This document shows, in pieces, positions 22,354 through 35,100 of a stretch of 64,000 nucleotides of DNA; position 1 is the stretch's first letter; every line of letters starts with the position of its first letter. The notes beneath the pieces were generated by a model. It was not told where the DNA came from. It ran no database searches and saw only the letters and a program-made list of their open reading frames with translations. The stretch comes from Botryllus schlosseri. Its lineage: Eukaryota. The stretch lies in assembly GCA_051294905.1 (NCBI GenBank), contig CM119384.1, forward strand, positions 23,250,001 through 23,314,000. Direction: 5' to 3'. The translations under genes and the position numbers were made by a program.

Positions 22354-24131
22354 AAGGGGGGGGGGGGGGCTCGAAAGCGCGTAAAACAACCAGGGGGGCC
22401 CTGGGCGACCGCCCACCTCGCCCACCCCAAAAGCCACCACTGGGGCTCTCAAACGTACGGCCCAAATGATTTCATCGGCCCGCAAAGCAATTCGGAGTAT
22501 TTTGAAACATGCTTATATTATATCCAGCATATTTGTAAGAAATGTTGAGTTTTTTTTAGGAAATATTGCCATTAAACAATCCTTAAGACAGCAAATGTCG
22601 GTCACATTGTTACCATCCGACTGCGGTGTTCGTGTGTCACTCTATAGTTACCACCAATAATAAGTCGATGATATTGTACCTAATTTTGTGAAGGTAAAAT
22701 GTTTACATTGAGTTCGTGGGAAAATGGACCAAACATAGATAATCACAAGCGAAAACCCCAATGCGGAACCTTCATATGCAATTTACGTGGATAATATATT
22801 AGTTTCAAAAAACATAATTCCCATTCTCAGTCTCATTGCGGTGTCACATGCAACTCAAAGGGTCCACGGACTCCATGCAAACCCGAATCGCGATTTTATA
22901 ATAAGAAAACAAATTCCTACGTCCGCGTTTACAGTTGAATCTCTTGCACTCGTCTCTCCTCATATGCAGGCCTAACGCCAGAGTACGACTAAAGCAAAGG
23001 AAGCCTAAGAAATACAAGCCAACTTGTATCGTCGTTAGGGACATTGTTTTAGCGGTTTATATCTGCATTCAATCAATAATCGTGTATTTGCCAATTCCAT
23101 TGTTCGCGAATAAAGGTCTTAATACTTGCTAGAATAAAACCATTATGACCCCTGGTACAATGTAATATACTATTATCTATTTTCTGATGCATTGACGCTA
23201 AATTATCACGAAATCACCTTCCACTTTTCAAAATGAGGGTTGAATAGAAATTAATATAGTATACTAAAGTCTTCTTATGAGCAGTGCTACTAAATTCATT
23301 TCAATTTTTGGTAGCAATATTATTATATTCATGGAACGCTGTGTACGCACAAGTGCATTATTTGCTCATACCCACGATCGCATTTCACGCCATTGATATT
23401 ATAGTTCTGAGTGTTTGACGTGTGTAGATTAAGGAATGTAGCTGGAATTCGCATTTATAATTCTTATCCGGAACAGGGTTGCGATATGAGAACATCTATC
23501 GGCGCATCTGGGGCTGGAAGATCGCGAGATATGGACACTGGATAGAGCACGTGATATCGAGATATATTGAAGTACTTCTCGCGATAAACATTCGTCGTGG
23601 CACCGAAGCAAAGACTGCAAAATGCACAAGTTAAAGAGAGTAACATTACCTTACTCTGAAATTCAAAGTGAGATCGTTTTTCACTTTCTTATCAACACGT
23701 TACGCTCAACGTGGGCGAGATACGTGTGGGAATAATTCAACAGTCATTTCGTTGTAATTATCGCGTATGATCACATACAAATACTGCAAACGATTGGTGA
23801 TCAAATTGGTTTGATGCATGGTCAAATGGCCTTTACGCGAATGAGCACGCCAATCTTCATTATCCATACCAGTGGTTCGAAATTGGGCGCCAGCGCCCCC
23901 TAGAGGCATTCGTGAGTTTGAAGGGGCGCTAGCTACAAACTTGGTGATTGGGGCGCGCGGTTATGCACTACAGTAGCCCTTATGGGAAATCCATCAATTG
24001 ATATCTATATTTGTGCACCAGGAAGAGATATACAAATATGTGTTCACCTCGTTCCCGGTCATACAAGACACATTCAGTCTGAAATCGTCAGCATCGCTCT
24101 CCATAGACGTGCAATATTGAAGTATTTACGC

Positions 24132-24695
24132 CAGTGGTTCTCTACTTTTTTATAAGTCGTATCGACTTCAATAGATTTTATTTGGTTACTTTAGAATTGA
24201 TAGACGCAGATTGGCGATTACAATACATTGTACCAAATTCAAAATACATATCATTACTACAACATGCCAGCATGTCGTTATGTCGAGTAGTATTGGACTT
24301 AGTGCAGCTTATACTATTCTATGAACCGTCGTTTGGATATTAGTAAAATTGTGTCGAAAGTTACTCTTCACAGAAACCATATATACAGGTCTATTGCAAG
24401 CACAACTTAAGGTATATCCCTGTGTGACGGGTGTTCAATATCCACCCATGCGTTTGACGCTAGTCTGCAAGAATTCTCTTTCCTGGTTTTCAGAAGCGGC
24501 ATTGGACGGCTTTTATGCATACCTAATATCCCTCGTTTTAGTATTCATATACAGAAATTGACTATACCTATTCAATGAAGCAAACAACGACTGTCATCTG
24601 TTATATTTTGTGTTGTATTTAGATGTTAATCACAGCCGCAAGAAGGCTACCTTGGAGCCGCTTGCGGCACCGAGAACCGCGGTTAGGAACCACTG
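24132..24695. mobile_element. Non-autonomous hAT (Charlie-type) element
   Basis: CAGTGGTTC...GGAACCACTG termini; exact 8-bp TSD ATTTACGC. Confidence 0.8.
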
Positions 24696-26251
24696 ATTTA
24701 CGCACTCAATCACAACAAACAGAATTCTTAGCCACCGAGGATTATTGTACAATGCTTTATAAACGCCTTTGAGCCTAATGTTCGACAATGAAGTGCAATG
24801 ACATTTGTGAGGAAATTGCACTACACGATTTTATACCTCGATAAAGGTAGATTTTACAGAGTTGCGACTCTGAAATTACGTGCATCCGTGCTGCCGGTGA
24901 AATACATTTACTTGAAAGGGCCATAAGCGTAAACGTTGTTGGTGTGAGCAAGGGAGTGTTTGGTACCTAGGCTATTTGCTTATATAAGGGGTGTTGTGTT
25001 GAAAAAAAGGTTTGGGAAACACTTATCGTTCATTCCCAGTATACGGAAATATCGCGCGAAATCGCTTCGGAATGCATAGAAATCGTTTCAATACCTCGTT
25101 GATGTTTTAGTGGTAAAGGTATTGAGACGATATTTTTAAATATGATTCTAGATTTGACGACTTGTAGCACGGCACACGTTCGTTTTAAGGTTTTCTAAGA
25201 CAACAACACCGCGGAACACAACGCGAGGACTTCGGCAGTAGGCTATTTCTTGTTGCTTCTCGTTTGGAGGCTTTTTGCGCCACGACATCGAGGTCAGCAA
25301 TCTCCTGATCATAGACATGGGTAGACTTGGTGTTTCAGTCTTCCTCACTTGCATTATCCAGCCATTATCTTTTGCATGCGCGCTTTTTCTGTTCTTTGCT
25401 GCCGACTTTGGAGGTCGGTTCGTTATATCGTCACAAATTAATTGAATAAACCGCTGTAAACATAGTTTCAAATGATATCTGCAGCTGGGAATTTAGTAGT
25501 AAAATGCAACACATAAACCATGATGTTCGTGAGAATGGATCATTGCAATTTGGCTATAAAAGAAGAGAGACTAAACTCAAGTACACGCTCATCTAGTTTT
25601 GTTTTCCTCAGCTATAATTAATATCATTTACTGCTGTTCTGTAATATGTTTTCGATGACGCAGCAATATAATTCCTAGAATCTCCTGTTATTACTGTGGG
25701 CTGACTTGAATTTCACTAACGAATTGTCATAAGGCTCACGATTCACGTAAACACACTCTTTCCTTATTCAATAAAGTCCGCAATTACGCAATTTGCGCGT
25801 ACAATACTAATGCATTTCGTAACATTTTGGTTCGAATCTTCGTGTCCCCAAGAGGTCAACTGACCCCTGGTTAATAATTATTTACTTATAGTAGCATACG
25901 ATAAGATATCCAATACCATCATGATTGCTCTTCAAATCTTTTTGGATGATACCCATTTAGGAATGATGTATGGGCAAGTTTAAGATTCGCATGAAGTCGC
26001 AATTTCGGCACTATGTTTGCATTATTGTACATCTGTTTCATGAACATTTATACTTGCAATACTTCCTGGCAATATTCAATCGAGCTTTGACAAAGAAGTA
26101 GTATTATTGCAGTGAATATATTATTGCATGGTATATTCAAGTTCTGTAACACAAATCATATAGTATTACACGAATAAAATTAGCAAGAATATACGGTAGG
26201 CCTATACATAAACTCGCGGTATTCGTGAGCTGCTTTGCAGATTATTGCCAC

Positions 26252-26875
26252 TTAGCACTTTCTAGTCATTTGTGTTGACACTCGTCCATTTATATCGATG
26301 TTATTAATTTCCGAGGACAGGATGCTTGCACGGGGACGGATACACCTGCTGTGATACATTTGCAATATTTCACTCCGGTCGAGCAGTCTTTCCCAAATAG
26401 CAGAATTTGAGACTCCTCCTTGCAGAGAACATGCAGCATCGAAGCCAACTCCAATAGCATCCTGTTCCTGGCCGATGATAAATACTCCTCCTTCTCGTAA
26501 GATTCCAGGTGTGTGATTGATTTGCTGAATCAGTTCTCCATTAACAAATACGTAATGCTTTCCAGTAGTCGATGAAGCTGATGCAATGCACACATGGTCG
26601 TCACTACAGGTAGAAAAGGGTAATCGAACACCGATGACTTCGTTATTGATGCCGAAACGAAGTTCGTCTCCATCTGTGTATACTAGAAAAGCATTATGAT
26701 ATTGATGGTCGTGGTACGAAATTCAAGGGTTCAAGTTTTTCGAGAATCTTCTCATCCAAAAGCATGAGGTGAATTCTTTGTGATCTGGCACTGGAGTTTT
26801 GACCCTCAAATATTTGCGGGTTTGATCGCCACTTGGAAAATGATACGTCGATTGCGGGCAATCCAGGAGAAATAT
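26252..26875 (-). pseudogene. Pentraxin-domain exon with one in-frame TGA (26723-26725)
   Basis: One frame gives YHFPSGDQTRKYLRV...EFTSCFWMR...NP*ISY...HNAFL...DHVCIAS...YVFVNG...GGVFIIGQEQD...LQGGVSNSAIWERLL, a full pentraxin motif set. Confidence 0.75.
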
Positions 26876-28577
26876 ATTTACTCAAAACTCAAACGGCGGC
26901 CAATCATTACATAATAATGAGCGTGGCGGTGCCCAACTGGATAAAGTTGAATAATTTCACGTTAATAAAGTTGTTTTTGTGCCCTACTGGACTTCCTCGA
27001 CGATATTGAGAGGTCATATCAGCAAGTGACTGTCATCTGAGACATTCCGCTGCGGTTTACGTCAGGGGTCGGCAACTTGTGGCTCACGAGAAACATTTTG
27101 CTATTTTTATGGAGACGTTTTACTCTCGGAGAAATAAAAGTTGGCAATCATCAGATAGTATGATTATCACGCATCACAGTGATATAAATTCGTGACGTTT
27201 TTAACACTATAAAACGCATATCACAGTGACATGACAATATAACTTGACAACCGGTGTAAGCTAGCGAGCGAGACACGTTAAAGTTGTATGATGGATCGAT
27301 ATCATTTGATTACTGAACAATGGTTGCATGACCAAAGGTTTCCGCCTGACAAGAGTAGTATGAGTTCATCAGAAAATGGGATCATACCTATCCATTGATA
27401 TAAATTTGTAAATTTAGAACTTTCCGTGGGATATTGATTAGTAGGCGACTTTGCGAGATGAAATATATTTGTCATTTCATTGAAACCGGGATCAACTATA
27501 GCGGCAAACTAGCTGTCAGGCGCCTGCCAGATTTTACAGTGATTCACGTTACACCCTTTGAACATATAGGTGCCTTAATCTGTAGCATTGAGGTGAGGCT
27601 AGCTTCTCAGAGAAACATATTCCGAATATATTTATTGCAAATCCGTACTTCTGATATTCCAAATAAACTCGATAGTCAAAGCAGGAATAACAAACGAGAT
27701 CGCTGTTTTTAATGAAAGGACAATAATTGAATTTCAAATTGTTGGTTATTTAGAGGAAAGCGAATCTGCGATATCCGAGAGACATGTAGGCCTACGACAT
27801 GATACCGCACTACAAGTTTCTCGTACTCCTCATGATGGCATTGCATCTACGTCTGAGGATTTTAAATATATGGGTGCTGAATGGACTTCAAGATACACCA
27901 ACTATTCGGCATAGTCATAATACACACTAGAACAGGGCAGTGTTGGGATGACTCGAGTCATATTTTCGTATGACTTGACTTGACTCGAGTCACTTTGCTA
28001 AAATGACTTAACTTGACTTGACTCGGCGTATCAGAAATGTGGATTGACTCGTGACTCGGAGCAAAATTCACGAGTCAATTTCAAGTCATCAAGTAATCAG
28101 TGTCGATAAAAATCAGTGTATCTGACATATGTTCGGATTGTTCGCGTAACGCTGGTGTAACCCATGAGAGCGACCAATCATTCAATGATCGTGCGTTTTA
28201 CTGAGCCTCCATTGATCGCAAACGAAGTGATCGAAGCTTACAACCTACGTTGTCGTAAACTATATAGTATAGTAAAGTAATTTAATAGCAAAATGTCTAT
28301 TTCTGTTCTGTGCTCTTAACTTAACCAAACCTCTTGTTTTATTGAAATTTAACCCGAAAATAGTTTATATAGTCCTCAACCATTGGCACAGGCTCGAATT
28401 ATATCATATCAATTTGCAAAAGGGTAATGTATTGCATCTTATCGATTCGTTTCTATATTCTCTATTTTGGTTGGTAACTATAAACTGAGGCTGTGCAATT
28501 ACTTACGTAGCTTATTAGTTCTACTTATATGTGAGCGATACAGCGCCTTACTTGCGTATATATTTACCTCTATATAT

Positions 28578-28844
28578 TAGGCTTACCATATATTGGAAAT
28601 CTAAAAAGAGGACACTTTTTCAGAAATTTGAGACTTGCAAGACCGGAGAAGAATTCTCAAAAACCAGTAAAACCTGTGCTAATTTACGGCAAATCACTCA
28701 CAATTTGCTCTAAATCTGGCCTAAATCTTCAAAAAAGAGGACAAAATCTCAAAAAAGAGGACAAAAGGGCGTCCTCCGAGGACACTTTCAAAAAAGTAAA
28801 AAAAGAGGACAAATCCTCTTAAAAGAGGGCGTATGGTAACCCTA
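28578..28844. mobile_element. MITE of the same family as 198-542 (opposite orientation)
   Basis: TAGGCTTACCATA...TATGGTAACCCTA; flanks CTATATAT/CTATATGT; first ~60 bp match the reverse complement of 480-542. Confidence 0.75.
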
Positions 28845-31314
28845 CTATATGTTATGATCCGGAATTCAAGCAACCCATTGTCTCATCATTATTTCGTGGA
28901 AATATTTCAATGATATGAGCATTTTTGATACATTAATATATTCAATCCATACACCTTATCTGGCTATCGTTGATGCATAATGAAAGCAACAAGGCATGAA
29001 CCTCTCTTTAATGCACTTCGAAAACTTGGCCAACTTGAATTATTTTCTGGGGGGTTCAATAAAGAATACTTAGGCTCGGGTAGTCTAAATCACTCTGGTT
29101 TGGTTTGCCACATGAAATAGACAACCGAAATGGGTCAGAAACGTTACAAATATAACCAGCAAAAGCAGCCTAATTCGGATATCGAAATGGAAAAACGTGA
29201 AATAGCCTGACGTCAAATGTTTCTATATTCTGTGTAATATGCCATGAATTCGACTTGATATTTAACACGGCAACAAGCAGATCCTCTGAAGAGAAAACTT
29301 AGGGTTAGGGTAAATAGTCTCAGCACTCTAGTAATATAAAATTCATGATGGACCATTGATCAATAAAAATTCTACAGATGGAGCCCAACCGTTTTTAGCC
29401 AACACACCATTCTAATCATAAGTATGGGACTTGGAGCAGGATATAAATCAGTTCGAGTTACGTATTTTCGTCATTATCCGGGATTTGGTAATATCAATAC
29501 GGAACAATAATAAGTGATAGCATCGCATATATTCGCATTAAAATATGGGTGTATTTGAGCGGTTTTCCAGTGACTGGTGACATAGCGAAGGCCAGTTGTC
29601 ACATCTCACTACAATGAAAACTAGAATTGTTCTAAACTTTTCCTAGCATGAAGTTTTCATACTATTCCAGTATCCGTAAAGTTGGAAATGTCGTGAAAAC
29701 CGAGTTCGAAATAAAATTCGTTTTAATCTGCACTATCGAGGTGCCAGGACAATGGAAATGCAAAGGAACCAAAAGGTTATGGATTCAACACCACTGTTTG
29801 TCCGACGGTCCTTGACAACATGGAATGCTGAACGGCTCGCTGGAACGCCTGGATACGATTGGATTGACCTGACTGGGCCGTAACCCACAAAACACTGATG
29901 TAGATTGTACGAGACGGACATTTTAACAATATATCGCTGTCAATGAATGTGAGATATGGGTATCATAGATGTATGGAAACCGAATGAATGCCATGTTGTA
30001 TTTACTGCAATTAATATGGATTTAGTCAGAACCAGAGGTGGTCAAAGTAGTCAACAAAGCTACCCAAGTAGAAGTAGATGTAGCGACGAAAAAATCTAAT
30101 CAAGTACGGGAGTAGAAGTACTTCTTCCATAAGCCACTTAAAACTACTTGAAGTAGAAGTTAAGTAAGTAGTTTCAAAAACAGTCTTTAACTCGTTCGCA
30201 TGGACTGTCAAAAGCTGCATATATTGAGCTATGCGCACTGTGCAGAGAGCTTGATTCGTATTGATGCATTCCAGGAGGTATCAATTTTCGACAGAAAAAA
30301 ACATTCTGTCGCATCATGGGATGAAAATTATGGTATTGATATGAAAATACGATACAAACCTTTTGTTTACTAGAAGACCCCGTTTTACAGAATATCATGG
30401 CCTGGCCCCCTACCCGGCCTCAAGTCTAGGCATAGAGCAATACGGAGAAGTTGTATCGGATACGGTTTCAACACTTTACGCGATTAATATACGCTAATAA
30501 CAAATATTGTGGATTGTTATATTTAGTGTAGCTATATTTTCGGAAAATAGAGGCATTACTACACTTGTTTTTACGCTTCAATATATATGTTCTGAAGACA
30601 AAAGAACTGAAAGTAATTAGAACTCAAAGTATGATACGGTACTCGGAATTGAAAGTGAAATATAAATACCACTTTTAAAAAGGGGAAAATATATAATATA
30701 TTTCATGTCTTTTGTCCATAAAGCTTCAAAGGTGATTCGCTAAAACAGGTGTAACGTTCAAAAAGTCGTATTTTCCAGATTAGCAGAAAACATCATAGGC
30801 TGCTAGATTACGAAATGATAGGTAATTGCTAGATTGGGAAACTGTAGTTTCAACCGTTATGGAGGACCATATTTACTGTGATGAAATATTTGATATGGGC
30901 GATAATGCAGTGTGAGCGGTACCAAGCAATCTGGTACCTAAATTATATTCACTGATACTTTCGTCAAAACATCTTCGTCACGCCATAACTACTGTGCTCG
31001 AAGCGCAACAAAATTTCTGGGCTTTTAATTGACTTTTATGAATATTAAATGTGGGTACTACGTGAAAAGAGCCCCTAAATTCCTCCTATCTTTCTTAAAT
31101 CTATCTTTTTTCAACTAATTCTACTTGACAAACTGAAAATAACGAGAAGAAAGTAAGTAGATCCCAAAATATTACGAAGTAGAAGTAGAAGTAGAGAAAA
31201 TCAGATATACTTGCGTAAGTACCAGTAGTAGAGGAAAACTAAACGAGTACTTCCAAAAAGTAGAAGTAGTTCGTTACTGACCACCTTTTACACCAATAAC
31301 AAATATATATTGAT

Positions 31315-31813
31315 CAGGGTTGTAACCGAGTCACAAGTCAATCTCACTTTTATAGTTTTGACTCGAGTCAAGGCGACTCATTTTCAATTCGTCACCGAGT
31401 CAAGTCCGAGTCCAAGTCATCGACCAGAGGTTCGAGTCCGAGTCATGGGATAATGGCTCGAGTCCAAGTCCAAGTCATTGTGTTGACTGCTCGATTTCCA
31501 GTTGAAGTCTTGTTAAACCCACTTTTATAACTCTGTTTGGTGACATCAAATAGTTTGCATTTATAATATACTAATTTTCCTGAGTTTTAATAGTTTCTGG
31601 TCGCATTTCCAAGTACCAGCACCAAAAGACGAAGCCCCAATAGGGTGGTTTCTTTACTATTCTGCGAAATTACAATGAAATTTGGGTTTTGGTCGTCCTA
31701 GTATCGAGTCATATGACTTGGTCGAGTCATGCCCAATGATTCGAGTCCAAGTCGGGTCAATACACTATTGACTCGAATCGAGACGAATCATGACTCGAGT
31801 CATTACAACCCTG
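31315..31813. mobile_element. hAT-type MITE rich in GACTCGAGTC repeats
   Basis: TIR CAGGGTTGTAA...TTACAACCCTG; exact 8-bp TSD ATATTGAT. Confidence 0.85.
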
Positions 31814-32189
31814 ATATTGATCACATCAAATGACAAACATCTATTACATCAGTAGCAGCTACAGATTTCAATAGCATTCAGGCCTAATCCTGAGCTCATC
31901 ATTGTGAAACATCTGACAGTACAAATAAGCGACTATTGGCATTGGCAGTAGAGCTATTATAGCAAACGGCAAAGTCGTATTTCTTTCAAAGGATACCAAG
32001 CAATCACAATCAAGCTAGTGGTTTTAAGAGGACTTCGCGAATTTCGCGTAAATATATAATATCAAATGGCAACATTAAATGAAGTTTCCGAAACTACATT
32101 TGAGCTGCATACGTTTGCCTTACTTACCATGTTTGATGTTGATGTTTATTTTTAAAGATTGACCGGCCCGCGAAATATATAGGCTATAG

Positions 32190-35100
32190 CATTGTTTTTC
32201 AACCTGTGTGACGGTTCGCACTGGTGCGAATGAAAAAAATTGCAGTGCGAATGACGAAGGTGGTGCGAATAGTGCGAATGAAAATCCGGAGAAAGTGCGA
32301 ATGAAAATCTTGAATAATTACTAATTTTTCTGACGTGCAATAAATCAAATAAACCTAACAGGAAATTCGAGGGCAGAGTAACTTTTGTAGTTGCGATGCA
32401 ATTGAACTTGTTTAACTTACGACGCACCAATAATCGTAGCTCTCACAACCGTAGTGAATTAATATTTTCGCCCTCTAATTATTACGTAACAAAAAGCCTG
32501 ACTTGGAAGCTGCTGCTACACACACTATGGCGTAGTCAGTAGTGGCAGACATACAGTATATCAGCCCGTCTGAGCCTCTGACAGGCTGGAAAAATGACGT
32601 CAAATTCACATTCTGCTTTCTTTCGCTAAACAATCGTCATATGTTCGTAATAACTGTTGGATTAGCGCGAGGCACGAGGATATAGTAGCAGGCCTATATA
32701 CTATCATTACAGACTCACATTTGCAAGTTACTGTAACGCAAATTTTACCCCTTCTAGGGTTAATAAAGTATGGACCGGAAAGGGTATAACTTTGGGTCGA
32801 CCCGGTGCCTGGGCGATCTGTTAATATGTATATACTATGTAATATTTGTTGAATTTATTGCAAAAAAATCTGCGATCGTTTTTACATATCCGAGGTCACT
32901 GTGTTATGTACTGTAGCCAATAAGAGAGACACGCAGAAATACGACTTGATCTTGAGAGTCTGCTGACCTTTGTTCTGAATTCATGATAAGATTTGTTTGA
33001 ATTTTTTATTTTTTTTGGAAAACATGGACGAAGACCGTTCGAATGAACTAGTGTAGGGGTGTGCAACGAGCGAGTTCAGGCCTGTGAGACACATTCATTT
33101 CGAGGCAAGTCCCGTCTACGTCGGGGCACATGACGAAGTAAAGTTTTGGCCATCATACCGCTGATAAATTGCGGTGCCAAAAGCACAAGCGGCGACAAAA
33201 CCTTGGCCAAAAATGACCGATGCTGGATAGCCAAACCTTCGATATGGATATGCTCCGTTGTCGGCACGGAATAGTCCCATTCTTGCAATCTGAGTAGACA
33301 GTAGTACAAATGCGACACGCAGAGGAATTTAATCACCCTAATTTGAAATCGCGTGCGTCAGACATCTGTTGGGTAGAATTGTGGTGTGCGCGTTCTGTAT
33401 GTCATATATGTCCGCCAAATCGTAGCATATTAATGTAATATTAAAAATGAATTCCTCTTCATGGATGAGACTTGGGTCGCGAGATGCCACAAAAACTCAA
33501 ATTTTGGCGGTAGTCCAAGAAGCTGCTTTAAGGTAAATAAACTGTTATGAATTCTCAATGTAGATTGGGCTAAAGAGCCGAACACACAGTATCGCGAGTA
33601 TAGTTTCTCTTTTCTCACTCGTGCGACAGAAGTGGGAAATTGAAAAAAAGAACACAAGTTGGAGCAACATATCATCAGATAGCGAGATCTAATGTGCCTA
33701 CTGTCCTCAATCGTTTTGGACCTTATTCTCCAAGACATAAGGCAGAAGCCTCAACACAAATAAGAGGAGATTTCACCCTTTCGACAAACTGGGGCCTCCA
33801 GGACCTTTGTGTCAGCTCTCAAAAACGATTTCTGACAACAAGCATTTTTCACTCGCGAAAAATACGTTCTTATTATTATTATTATTATTGGTAAAAACGA
33901 TGAAAAGGTAGTGACGCTTTTCACATCAAAGCCTTTTGCGTCACACCATAGCATGCATATGAGAAATGCACAAACTTATCATCCAAGAAATATTAGAATG
34001 ATGAAAAAATAAATCGTCGACAGAGGCATACACAGGCATATTTGAGTGATCTGTAGGCACACATCCAATTCGGAGACATAACCACTACGAATTCAGAGAT
34101 ATAAACATTTAAATAAAACGCGTTGTTTCCTTGACATACTGAATGACATGATCCAACATGCATTCACTAGTTAATAGGTCTATTTGTATTAAAAAGACTG
34201 TCATTATTAATATAGCGTTTCAGATTCGCACGTTGCCGTACATACTTCAAACAATCTATTAGATAATGATCGACGGTTTCGGGCAACGAATATTGTTCAC
34301 ATAGAGCAGAATCATTGCATCCAATCTTATGCAGGTGGTAGTTGAGCCGACAATGGCCTGATCTCAACTGAAACAGAATGATTTGCTCTTTTCTCGATGC
34401 TAAACTTGGTAACCTCTTGTAAATCGTGTCTTTGATGAGCTTGTACTGACTTCCGGTGTCGCTTGTCCTGTACAGCTGATCCCAGTTGTTTCTGCACGAG
34501 TTCCAAAGGAGCGAGTATGCATCCCCTATAGGGGGATACATATACGGAGACGAAGTCCAACTGTTGACGGGGCAGTGTTTCTGATGCTGTAGCGCTTCTT
34601 GCAAATGGGTCGGCGATTTCATTGTGCTGAATACCACAGTGTGCTGGAATCCACACAAGTGATACTGTGACCTCGCGTTGTTTCAATTGGTGTATCTTCT
34701 CGACTATCTCGGTAATGAGGAGAGGAGCTGCGAAATTGAAATTTGCTATACACGTTTAATGCGCTCAAGCAATCACTGAGTATTGCCACTCTACTGTGGA
34801 TATTATTCAGCACCCAAGATAGGGAATCTGAAATAGCGATTAGTTCGGCAGAGAATACTGAAAAATAGGACGGCAATGAATTTGCAGACGTAGTAATATT
34901 TGGAATATGATAAGCGTATCCACACCCTGTCTCAGTCTTTGATCCATCTGTGAAAATCTGAGTGTAGCCATGATATGTAGAGAATATATGATCTAATGAT
35001 ACTGATTTTCTGACATCGGGGGGATATATCTTGCGTATTGAGTGGCACAAAGAAAGGTCCACATTTGCTGTTAAAATTATCCATGGAGGAGTCGTCGAGA

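Noticed and set aside
26723-26725. Selenocysteine reading of the pentraxin TGA
   Set aside because: The position is not a conserved Cys and no SECIS could be identified by eye.
29740-29880. CPTVLDNMEC resembling a class B GPCR hormone-binding domain
   Set aside because: Too short, followed by a stop, and no supporting exons found.
30033-31289. Possible DNA transposon with AAGTAG-rich ends
   Set aside because: Termini are degenerate and no TSD matches; not supportable as one element.
33105-33290. Possible minus-strand exon IARMGLFRADNG...CAPT*
   Set aside because: An acceptor-like site is present but there is no recognisable domain or partner exon.
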